A program made the position numbers and the translations under genes. The notes under the pieces are model-generated. The model searched no databases, had not been told where the DNA came from, and saw only the letters and a program-made list of their open reading frames with translations. From Candidatus Methylomirabilia bacterium (GTDB lineage Bacteria; Methylomirabilota; Methylomirabilia; Rokubacteriales; CSP1-6), in contig JBGQHJ010000088.1 of NCBI GenBank assembly GCA_041497895.1, forward strand, positions 1 through 20,737: a stretch of 20,737 bases of DNA, written 5' to 3'. The first letter of the stretch is position 1. Each line of letters opens with the position of its first letter. This document shows positions 7,759 to 14,924 of this stretch, one piece after another.

Positions 7759-9354
7759 ATGGCAGACGACAGCCCGCCGCCGACCACCTCCGCCGCGGAC
7801 GCCACGGCCGAGTGGCGCCCGCGCTCGAGCCCGGTCCTCATCGCGATCTCGGTGATGCTGGGCACCTTCATGGAGGTGCTCGACACCTCGGTGGCCAACG
7901 TGGCCCTGCCCCACATCGCGGGCAGCCTCTCGGCCACCCCGGAGCAGGCGACCTGGGTGCTCACCAGCTACCTGATCTCCAACGCGATCGTGCTGCCGGT
8001 GACCGCGTGGCTCAGCGCGGTCTTCGGGCGCAAGCGCTTCCTCCTCGTGTGCATCGTGATCTTCACGCTCGCCTCGGCCGCGTGCGGCGCGGCCGGCAGC
8101 CTCGAGCTCCTGATCCTGGCCAGGGTCGTGCAGGGGATCGGCGGCGGCGCGCTCCAGCCGATCGCCCAGGCGATCCTGCTCGAGAGCTTCGCGCCGGCGC
8201 GGCGCGGCCGCGCGATGGCCGCCTACTCGATGGGGGTGATCGTGGCCCCGATCCTCGGGCCCACCCTCGGGGGCTGGATCACCGACAGCTACTCGTGGCG
8301 CTGGATCTTCTACATCAACCTGCCGGTGGGCTTCGCCGCGCTCGTCATGACCCAGGCCTTCATCGAGGATCCGCCGTACCTGCTGCGGACCGTGCTGCGC
8401 CGCATCGACTACTGGGGGCTCGGCTTCATGGCCCTCTGGCTCGCCACCCTGCAGGTGGTGCTCGACAAGGGCCAGCAGGTCGACTGGCTCGCGGCGGAGT
8501 GGATCCGCTGGACGCTCACGATCTCCTGCGTGGCGATGGTGGCCTTCATCGCGCGCGAGCTCGTGGCCGACGAGCCCATCGTCAACCTGCGCATCCTGGG
8601 CGACCGCAACTTCGCCACCGGCACCGTGCTCATCACCGCGATGGGCGTCGTGCTCTACGGCACCACCGCCCTGCTCCCGCTCTTCCTCCAGACCCTGCTC
8701 GGCTACCCGGCGCTCCAGGCCGGGCTCGCCACCAGCCCGCGGGGCCTGGGGGCGCTCCTGTCCGCCATCGTGGTGGGGCGGCTCGTCGGCGTGCTGGACT
8801 CGCGCCTGCTGGTCGCGGTCGGCTTCGGCTTCCTGGCCCTCTCCGGCGTCTGGCTCTCGCGCCTCACCTTCGACGTGGCGTGGTCGAACATCGCGTTCGT
8901 GACGTTCCTGAACGGGCTCGCCAACCCGCTCATCTTCATCGCGCTCTCGACCATGTCGTTCGGCACGCTGCGCCGGGAGCAGATGGGCGGGGCGACCGGG
9001 ATCTACAACCTGATGCGCAACCTGGGCGGCAGCGTCGGGATCTCGGTGGCCACCACGCTGCTCTCGCGTCGCGCGCAGGTGCACCAGAACATCCTCGTCG
9101 CGCGCATGACGCCCTACGACCCGATCTACCAGCAGAAGCTCGAGTCGATCCGGCAGGCCCTCGTCCCGAAGGTGGGGCCGTACGCGGCGCGCCAGCAGGC
9201 GGTGGGCATCCTCTACAAGACGCTGGTGGCGCAGGCGACCCTGCTCGCCTTCGTGGACAACTTCCGGCTGATCACGGTGCTCGCGATCTGCAGCGTGCCA
9301 CTGGTGCTGCTGCTGAAGCGGGTGCGGGCGCGCGCCACGCCGGGCGCGCACTGA
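7759..9354 (+). CDS. emrB: DHA2-family (EmrB/QacA) MFS efflux transporter
   Basis: Motifs FMEVLDTSVANVALPHIAGSL, WVLTSYLISNAIVLP, FGRKRF, RVVQGIGGGALQP, APILGPTLGGWITDSYSWRWIFYINLPVG and NLMRNLGGSVGIS, with many TM segments. Symbol given at family level. Confidence 0.93.
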   Translation: MADDSPPPTTSAADATAEWRPRSSPVLIAISVMLGTFMEVLDTSVANVALPHIAGSLSATPEQATWVLTSYLISNAIVLPVTAWLSAVFGRKRFLLVCIVIFTLASAACGAAGSLELLILARVVQGIGGGALQPIAQAILLESFAPARRGRAMAAYSMGVIVAPILGPTLGGWITDSYSWRWIFYINLPVGFAALVMTQAFIEDPPYLLRTVLRRIDYWGLGFMALWLATLQVVLDKGQQVDWLAAEWIRWTLTISCVAMVAFIARELVADEPIVNLRILGDRNFATGTVLITAMGVVLYGTTALLPLFLQTLLGYPALQAGLATSPRGLGALLSAIVVGRLVGVLDSRLLVAVGFGFLALSGVWLSRLTFDVAWSNIAFVTFLNGLANPLIFIALSTMSFGTLRREQMGGATGIYNLMRNLGGSVGISVATTLLSRRAQVHQNILVARMTPYDPIYQQKLESIRQALVPKVGPYAARQQAVGILYKTLVAQATLLAFVDNFRLITVLAICSVPLVLLLKRVRARATPGAH

Positions 9355-9366
9355 GGCGCGGCCCGG

Positions 9367-10218
9367 CTACTTGGCGGGCGCGGCCGGCTTCGCGGGCTGG
9401 AACTTCGAGGCGTCGGCGAGGGCGCCGATGGACTGCACCCCCTCGAAGCGCTGGCCGCCGACCACCCAGGTCGGGAACGCCTTCACCCCCGCCTTCTCGC
9501 AGAGGTCCGGACGCGCGTTCACCCCGCTCGGATCGCACTCCACGTAGGGCAGCTCGCGGGCCGCGTCGCCGAACAGCGCCTTCTGCTCCTGGCAGTGCGG
9601 GCACCAGTACGCCCCGTACATGACCGCGCCGGTCTCGCGCAGGTGTCGCGCGAGGGCCAGCTCCGAGCCGCCGTCCACCCCGGAGGGCATCGCGAAGATG
9701 AACGCGGCGCCGAACGGGACCAGGACCGCCGCGGCCAGCCCTCCGGCCACCAGCGCGCCGATCCGGCCGCGCCGGCCCGGCAGGGCGGCGCGGCGCCACC
9801 AGAGCACCGCGAGGATGGCCACCATGAGGCCGGTCGAGGCGAGGCAGTAGGCGCACGTGGCGAGGATGACCAGCACCGACAGCGCGGTGAGATAGATCGA
9901 GAACCCCACGCCGCCGGCGGCCAGGTAGAAGGCCCAGCGCCAGCGACGGGGCCCGAGCCCCATCACCGCGAGCACGCCGATGGCCCCGTACAGCAGCGCG
10001 CCCCACAGCGCGGTCGGCACGCCCAGCAGCGTCGCGTAGCGGCTCGCCTGCACGATGTCGCAGCCGCTGCCGGACAGGCAGAAGGCGGCGGTGGTGCCGG
10101 CCCACTTGAGCCAGGTCAGGTAGGCGGAGATGACCAGGCCGGCGGCGGCGAGCCCCGCCACCAGAGGGTCCGGGCGGGCGGGGGCTTCGACCGGTCGGCC
10201 GTGCTTGGGTGACGCCAT
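9367..10218 (-). CDS. Vitamin K epoxide reductase (VKOR) domain fused to a C-terminal thioredoxin-like domain (disulfide-bond formation)
   Basis: VKOR loop cysteines FCLSGSGCDIVQASRYATLLGVP and active-site CAYC. Trx-like YGAYWCPHCQEQKALFG...YVEC...LC...FPTW. Start at ATG 10218; the track start is GTG 10230. Confidence 0.9.
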   Translation of the reverse strand: MASPKHGRPVEAPARPDPLVAGLAAAGLVISAYLTWLKWAGTTAAFCLSGSGCDIVQASRYATLLGVPTALWGALLYGAIGVLAVMGLGPRRWRWAFYLAAGGVGFSIYLTALSVLVILATCAYCLASTGLMVAILAVLWWRRAALPGRRGRIGALVAGGLAAAVLVPFGAAFIFAMPSGVDGGSELALARHLRETGAVMYGAYWCPHCQEQKALFGDAARELPYVECDPSGVNARPDLCEKAGVKAFPTWVVGGQRFEGVQSIGALADASKFQPAKPAAPAK

Positions 10219-10228
10219 GGCAGCGTTC

Positions 10229-10237
10229 ACAGTACCA
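10229..10237 (-). promoter_or_regulatory. Putative extended -10 (TG-G-TACTGT) for the VKOR-Trx gene
   Basis: The minus strand reads TGGTACTGT, 10 nt upstream of ATG 10218, with no SD. Confidence 0.4.
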
Positions 10238-10259
10238 TACGAGCGCGCGACCGCCGCGG

Positions 10260-10289
10260 TTGCGCCGGCCCACGCGGGGGCGCTAGGCT
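10260..10289 (+). promoter_or_regulatory. Possible sigma70-type promoter (TTGCGC-18-TAGGCT) for ACAD paralog 1
   Basis: TTGCGC 10260-10265 and TAGGCT 10284-10289, followed by AGGAGG 10309-10314 before GTG 10325. Confidence 0.35.
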
Positions 10290-10324
10290 AGCGCCACCCC
10301 CAGGCCCCAGGAGGAGTCAGGCCC

Positions 10325-11503
10325 GTGTTCCCGCTCCCGCCCCTCACCGACGAGCAGCGCCGCGTGATCGAGCGCGTGGCCGCGCTCGCGCGCGAGCGTT
10401 TCGCCCCGCGCGCGGCCCGCCACGACGCCGACTCCACGTTCCCCTACGAGAACTACGCCGACCTGCACGCGGCCGGCCTGCACGCGCTCGCGGTGCCGCG
10501 CGAGTACGGCGGGGTGGGCGCCGACCCGGTGACCTACGTCCACGCCCTGCGCGAGATCGCCAAGGGGTGCTCGGCCACCGCGCTGACCTTCAACATGCAC
10601 TCGACGGTGACGACCTTCCTGGCCGCGCTGGCCTCCGAGGAGCAGAAGCGGCGGTACTTCGGCGAGGTGGTCGGCCGGGGCGCCCGCATCGCGTCGATCA
10701 CGAGCGAGCCCGAGCAGAGCTTCCGCGACAAGTTCGTGCTCAACACCGTGTTCCGCCCCACCGGCGACGGCGGCTACCGGGTGGCCGGGGTCAAGCAGTT
10801 CTGCTCCCTCGGGGACGCGGCCGACTACTTCTTCATCACCGGCATCCTGGAGGGGCAGACGAGCGCGCGCGACGGGGTGATCTCGGCCATGATCCCGAGC
10901 CGCGACGCGGGGGTGAAGATCGAGGGCACCTGGAACGCCACCGGCATGCGCGGCACCATCAGCCACACCATCCGCTACGACTGCGCGGTCGACCCGAGCA
11001 ACGTGGTGGGCCGCCCCGGCCAGTACCTCACCATCGACCTCCAGGGCTTCGCGCTCGGGTACGCCGCGGTCTACCTGGGCATCGGCGAGGTCGCCTTCGA
11101 GTACATGGTCGAGATGGCGCGCACCAAGACCCAGCGCCCCTCGACCGAGCCGCTCAGCCACCATCCGCTCGTGCAGCGCACGGTGGCCGAGGTCGGCACC
11201 CAGATCCGCGCCGCGCGTCTCCTCCTCCACGAGGCGGCCTGCGTGAAGATGGCGGGCGACCGCGAGGCCACCATGCTGGCGGTGAACCAGGCCAAGGCCT
11301 ACTGCGCCGACGTGGGCCTGATGGCCACCGAGCGCGCGCTGCGCATGGCGGGCGGGCGCGGGATCCTGAAGGAGCTACCGCTCGAGCGCTGGCATCGCGA
11401 CTCGCTGGCCGGGCCGGTGATGCCGCCCGCCAACGACCGCTGTCTCGAGACCGCGGGCAAGCTGCTCTGCGGCCTGCGCGCGGCCACCCTCGAGTTCCAG
11501 TAG
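10325..11503 (+). CDS. Acyl-CoA dehydrogenase-fold flavoprotein (YdbM/DszC-like subgroup), paralog 1
   Basis: Motifs FAPRAARHD...FPYEN, VPREYGGVG, IAKGCSATAL..NMHS, SEPE, GVKQFCS, WNATGMRGTISH and AGGRG....PLERWHRD. The C-terminal PVMPP stands where the YEG catalytic motif usually is. SD AGGAGG present. Confidence 0.88.
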   Translation: MFPLPPLTDEQRRVIERVAALARERFAPRAARHDADSTFPYENYADLHAAGLHALAVPREYGGVGADPVTYVHALREIAKGCSATALTFNMHSTVTTFLAALASEEQKRRYFGEVVGRGARIASITSEPEQSFRDKFVLNTVFRPTGDGGYRVAGVKQFCSLGDAADYFFITGILEGQTSARDGVISAMIPSRDAGVKIEGTWNATGMRGTISHTIRYDCAVDPSNVVGRPGQYLTIDLQGFALGYAAVYLGIGEVAFEYMVEMARTKTQRPSTEPLSHHPLVQRTVAEVGTQIRAARLLLHEAACVKMAGDREATMLAVNQAKAYCADVGLMATERALRMAGGRGILKELPLERWHRDSLAGPVMPPANDRCLETAGKLLCGLRAATLEFQ

Positions 11504-11542
11504 GCCCGCCGGCCGACCACCCCGGACCACCCAGGAGGATCC

Positions 11543-11692
11543 ATGGCCAGTATCCGCAAGCACATCGACGGCGGCTCGCTCGTCGTGATCGGGATCACCT
11601 TCGTGCTCTTCGTGGTCGCCCTGTTCGCGAAGGGCTTCTCCCACGAGATGCTACTGGAGGCCGGGGTGTTCCCGGTCTCGGTCAAGCTCTGA
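11543..11692 (+). CDS. Small hypothetical membrane protein (49 aa), possibly truncated
   Basis: Below the ORF-track cutoff. AGGAGG at 11533-11538, then MASIRKHIDGGSLVVIGITFVLFVVALFAKGFSHEMLLEAGVFPVSVKL*. It has one clear TM helix and GC3-rich codons, and fills the gap between two same-strand genes. Confidence 0.7.
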   Translation: MASIRKHIDGGSLVVIGITFVLFVVALFAKGFSHEMLLEAGVFPVSVKL

Positions 11693-11697
11693 CCGCG

Positions 11698-12225
11698 ATG
11701 CGGCTCGACGTGGTGCGACGCGAGCTGGCCCAGGGGGCGGAGACCATCACCTCGCTGGTGGCGGGGGTCTCTCCGGAGGAGGCGCGGGTTCGGCCGGCGC
11801 CGGAGGCGTGGTCGCTCCTCGAGGTGGTCTGCCACCTGCACGACGAGGAGCGCGAGGACTTCCGGCCGCGCCTCGACCTGGTTCTCCATCGGCCCGCGGA
11901 GGCCTGGGCCCGCATCGATCCCGCCGCGTGGGTCACCGAGCGGGAGTACAACACGCGCGATCTCGCGCGGACGCTCCAGGCCTTCCTGGCCGAGCGGGAG
12001 CGCTCGCTCGCCTGGCTCGGGAGCCTGTCGGCGCCCGACTGGAGCCGCGAGTACCGCGCGGCCTCGGGACCAACCACCGCGGGTGGGCCGATCACCGCGG
12101 GGGATCTGCTCGCCTCCTGGGCCGCGCACGATCTGCTGCACACCCGCCAGCTCCTCGAGCTGCGCCGGGCCCGCCTGCTCGCGCACACCGCGCCGCACCG
12201 CACCCAGTACGCGGGTGACTGGTAG
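11698..12225 (+). CDS. DinB/YfiT-family metalloprotein (S-transferase-like superfamily)
   Basis: RPAPEAWSLLEVVCHLHDEE and WAAHDLLHTRQL give the His triad of DinB proteins. ATG 11698; the upstream part of the 10567 track ORF is a shadow frame. Confidence 0.85.
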   Translation: MRLDVVRRELAQGAETITSLVAGVSPEEARVRPAPEAWSLLEVVCHLHDEEREDFRPRLDLVLHRPAEAWARIDPAAWVTEREYNTRDLARTLQAFLAERERSLAWLGSLSAPDWSREYRAASGPTTAGGPITAGDLLASWAAHDLLHTRQLLELRRARLLAHTAPHRTQYAGDW

Positions 12226-12835
12226 AGAGCCGCGCGCCCTCCTGGCCGCCGGCGCGATCGCGCTCGTCGTCTCGGGCGTCGCGCCGCACGACCGGCTCAC
12301 GTGGGGGCTCGAGGTCGCGCCGATCCTGATCGCGGGGGCGGTCCTGGTGGCGACCGCGCGCCGCTTCCCGCTGACCCCGCTCGCCTACCGCCTCATCTTC
12401 GTGCACGCCCTGATCCTGATGGTGGGCGGCCACTACACCTACGCGGAGGTCCCGCTCGGAGACCGGGTCGCCGACGCCCTCGGGCTCACCCGCAATCCCT
12501 ACGACCGCCTCGGGCACTTCGCGCAGGGCTTCGTGCCCGCGATCGTGGTCCGCGAGCTCCTGATCCGGCGCTCGCCGCTCCGCCCGGGCAAGTGGCTGGT
12601 CTTCCTGGTCCTCTGCGTGTGCCTGGCCATCAGCGCGGCCTACGAGCTCTTCGAGTGGTGGACGGCGGTGATCGGCGGTGAGAGCGCGGACGCCTTCCTG
12701 GGCACGCAGGGCGATCAGTGGGACACTCAGTGGGACCTGTTCATGGCGCTCGTGGGAGCCGCCACCGCCCAGGCGCTGCTGAGCCGCCGCCACGACCGAC
12801 AGATCGCGAGACTGGAGGAGCAATCTCATGGCTGA
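12215..12835 (+). CDS. yjdF: DUF2238 (YjdF-like) inner membrane protein
   Basis: Motifs HDRLTWGLEVAP, GGHYTYAEVP, RNPYDRLGHFAQGFVPA, YELFEWW and FLGTQGDQWDTQWD. GTG 12215 overlaps the end of the DinB gene. Confidence 0.85.
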   Translation: MTGREPRALLAAGAIALVVSGVAPHDRLTWGLEVAPILIAGAVLVATARRFPLTPLAYRLIFVHALILMVGGHYTYAEVPLGDRVADALGLTRNPYDRLGHFAQGFVPAIVVRELLIRRSPLRPGKWLVFLVLCVCLAISAAYELFEWWTAVIGGESADAFLGTQGDQWDTQWDLFMALVGAATAQALLSRRHDRQIARLEEQSHG

Positions 12836-13301
12836 GCACAAGGCGAGTGTGCGCTGGGCCCTCCCGGCCGACGGCGACGCCTTCCTCAAGGGGCGGTACT
12901 CCCGCGAGCACACGTGGACCTTCGACGGCGGCGTGACCGTGCCCGCCTCCCCCTCGCCCTCCGTGGTCCCGGTGCCCTACTCGAGCCCGGCCGGAGTGGA
13001 TCCCGAGGAGGCCTTCGTCGCCTCGATCGCGAGCTGCCACATGCTGACCTTTCTCTACGTGGCGATGCGCGAGGGCTTCGTCGTCCAGTCCTACGAGGAC
13101 GACGCGGTGGGCGTGATGCGCAAGAACGAGCGCGGGGCGATCTGGGTGGCCGCGGTGACGCTGCGCCCGCGCATCGCCTACGGCGGGGAGAAGCGCCCGA
13201 CCGCGACGGACGTGGACCACCTCCACCACCTGGCCCACGAGCAGTGCTTCATCGCCAACTCGGTGAAGACGGAGATCACGGTGGCGCCGCCCCCGGCATG
13301 A
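12828..13301 (+). CDS. OsmC/Ohr-family protein (peroxiredoxin-like)
   Basis: YSREHTWTFDGG, VDPEEAFVASIASCHMLTFL and AHEQCFIANSVKT give two conserved Cys. SD GGAGGAG upstream. Confidence 0.9.
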   Translation: MAEHKASVRWALPADGDAFLKGRYSREHTWTFDGGVTVPASPSPSVVPVPYSSPAGVDPEEAFVASIASCHMLTFLYVAMREGFVVQSYEDDAVGVMRKNERGAIWVAAVTLRPRIAYGGEKRPTATDVDHLHHLAHEQCFIANSVKTEITVAPPPA

Positions 13302-13957
13302 GCGGCCTCACCATCCTCTTCGACCTCGACGGCACGCTCACCGACTCGCGCGCCGGCATCACCGCCTCCCTCCGCCACGCGTTCGAGCGGCTCGGCCGAG
13401 AGTGCCCCGGTGACGACGTGCTGGCCACCTTCATCGGCCCCCCGCTCCGCGGCACGCTGGCTACCCTGCTGGACACGAGCGACCCGGCCCTCGTCGAGAC
13501 CGCGCTGGCGCACTACCGGGCCCGCTACGACGAGGTGGGGCTGTTCGAGAACGCGGTGTACGACGGCGTGCCCGAGATGCTGGACGGTGCCGCCCGCCTC
13601 GCCGGCCCCATGTTCGTGGCCACCGCCAAGACCCGCCACGCGGCCACCCGCATCGTCGCCCACTTCGAGCTGGCGCGGCACTTTCACGCGGTCTACGGCG
13701 CGGAGCCGGGCGGCCGCTTCGACCGCAAGGTCGACCTGCTCGGGCACCTGATCGAGACCGGGGTGATCCGGGCCGAGAGCTCGGTCATGGTGGGCGACCG
13801 GGACCTCGACATCGCGGCGGCCCGGGCCCACCGCATCCGCTCGATCGGCGCGCTGTGGGGCTTCGGCGACCGCCGCGAGCTCACCGACGCAGGCGCCGAC
13901 TTCCTGTGCGAGAGCCCGCGCGCGCTGGTGGCCTGTCTCGCGCGCGCGGGCGGGTAG
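13298..13957 (+). CDS. HAD-superfamily hydrolase (phosphoglycolate phosphatase/5'-nucleotidase-like)
   Basis: Motif I FDLDGTLTDS, FIGPPL, motif II ATAK and motif IV MVGDRDLDI. ATGA overlap with the OsmC stop. Confidence 0.9.
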   Translation: MSGLTILFDLDGTLTDSRAGITASLRHAFERLGRECPGDDVLATFIGPPLRGTLATLLDTSDPALVETALAHYRARYDEVGLFENAVYDGVPEMLDGAARLAGPMFVATAKTRHAATRIVAHFELARHFHAVYGAEPGGRFDRKVDLLGHLIETGVIRAESSVMVGDRDLDIAAARAHRIRSIGALWGFGDRRELTDAGADFLCESPRALVACLARAGG

Positions 13958-13959
13958 GC

Positions 13960-14358
13960 GTGGCGCCCACCTTCGACGCGATCCCGGTCCTGCGCATCTT
14001 CGACGTCGAGAAGGCGCGCGAGTTCTACATGAGCTCCCTCGGCTTCCGCGTGGACTGGGAGCATCGCTTCGAGCCGGGCTTCCCGCTCTACCTGCAGGGG
14101 TCGCGGGACGGGCTCATCCTGCACCTGAGCGAGCACCACGGCGACGGCAGCCCGGGCGTGGTGGTGGTCGTGGAGACCACCGGGCTCGAGGCCTATCACC
14201 GCGAGATCGGCGCGAAGGGCTACCGGTTCGCGCGACCGGGTCTCGAGGTGGCGCCGTGGAACGCCCGGGTGATGGAGGTGACCGACCCCTTCGGCAACCG
14301 GCTCCGCTTCAACGAGCCCGTCGACTCCGCGTCGCATGGACCGACGCGGCACGATTGA
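13960..14358 (+). CDS. Glyoxalase/bleomycin-resistance (VOC) superfamily protein
   Basis: IPVLRIFDVEKAREFY..LGF.VDWEHRF, LHLSEHHGDGSPG and EVTDPFGNRLRFNE. GTG start 2 nt after the HAD stop. Confidence 0.85.
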   Translation: MAPTFDAIPVLRIFDVEKAREFYMSSLGFRVDWEHRFEPGFPLYLQGSRDGLILHLSEHHGDGSPGVVVVVETTGLEAYHREIGAKGYRFARPGLEVAPWNARVMEVTDPFGNRLRFNEPVDSASHGPTRHD

Positions 14359-14383
14359 CACGCTCGCGACTGACTCCTATCAT
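14355..14383 (+). promoter_or_regulatory. Near-consensus sigma70 promoter TTGACA-N17-TATCAT
   Basis: TTGACA 14355-14360 contains the upstream TGA stop. A 17-nt spacer leads to TATCAT 14378-14383. SD AGGAGG at 14452-14457 precedes ATG 14463. Confidence 0.8.
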
Positions 14384-14462
14384 ACCGGCCACCGTCGCTG
14401 CCATCGTCCCTCACTCCTGTTCCTCTCCAAGGGGATCCGGGGCACGCTCACAGGAGGCATCC

Positions 14463-14918
14463 ATGGCCGTCAAAGTGCTCGAGCTCCACCACCACGGCAT
14501 CCGCGTCGGTCCCTCGCCCGCCGACGTGAAGAAGGCCTACGGCTTCTACCACGACGTGCTCGGCCTCGACGCCGACCAGGGCCGCCCGGTCATCCCGACC
14601 ATCGACGGCTTCTGGATGGACGTGGGCGGCACCGCCCAGATCCACCTCATGGGCGTCGACGGACAGTCCAAGTTCGCCCAGGGTCCGGACAAGGATCCGT
14701 CGCGCCCGCACGTGGCCCTCGCGGTGCCCGACATCCAGGAGGCGAAGGCCGAGCTGGAGCGCATGGGCGTGGAGCACTGGGTGACCCGCGGCGTGGTGGG
14801 CCCGGAGTCGCAGCAGATCTTCATGTACGACCCCTTCGGCAACATGATCGAGCTGCACCAGTCGGGCACCTGCCGGTGCGTCACCGGCAACCGCCAGCCG
14901 GTCAAGGGCATGAGCTAG
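14463..14918 (+). CDS. VOC-family (glyoxalase-like) metalloprotein
   Basis: ELHHHGIRV, FYHDVLGL, QIHLMG, HVALAVPDI and QIFMYDPFGNMIELHQ give likely His/His/His/Glu ligands. It has a C-terminal CRC and a strong SD. Confidence 0.88.
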   Translation: MAVKVLELHHHGIRVGPSPADVKKAYGFYHDVLGLDADQGRPVIPTIDGFWMDVGGTAQIHLMGVDGQSKFAQGPDKDPSRPHVALAVPDIQEAKAELERMGVEHWVTRGVVGPESQQIFMYDPFGNMIELHQSGTCRCVTGNRQPVKGMS

Positions 14919-14924
14919 CGGCCG

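Noticed and set aside
5489..7855. 788-aa plus-strand ORF and other long antisense ORFs (54-839, 899-2236, 2257-3462, 7753-9351, 14988-16421, 17004-18236)
   Set aside because: They are shadow frames opposite well-supported genes, with Arg/Gly/Ala/Pro-rich translations and no motifs, as expected when stop codons are scarce at high GC.
11515..11532. GACCACCC repeated twice upstream of the small ORF
   Set aside because: Too short and GC-rich to distinguish from chance.
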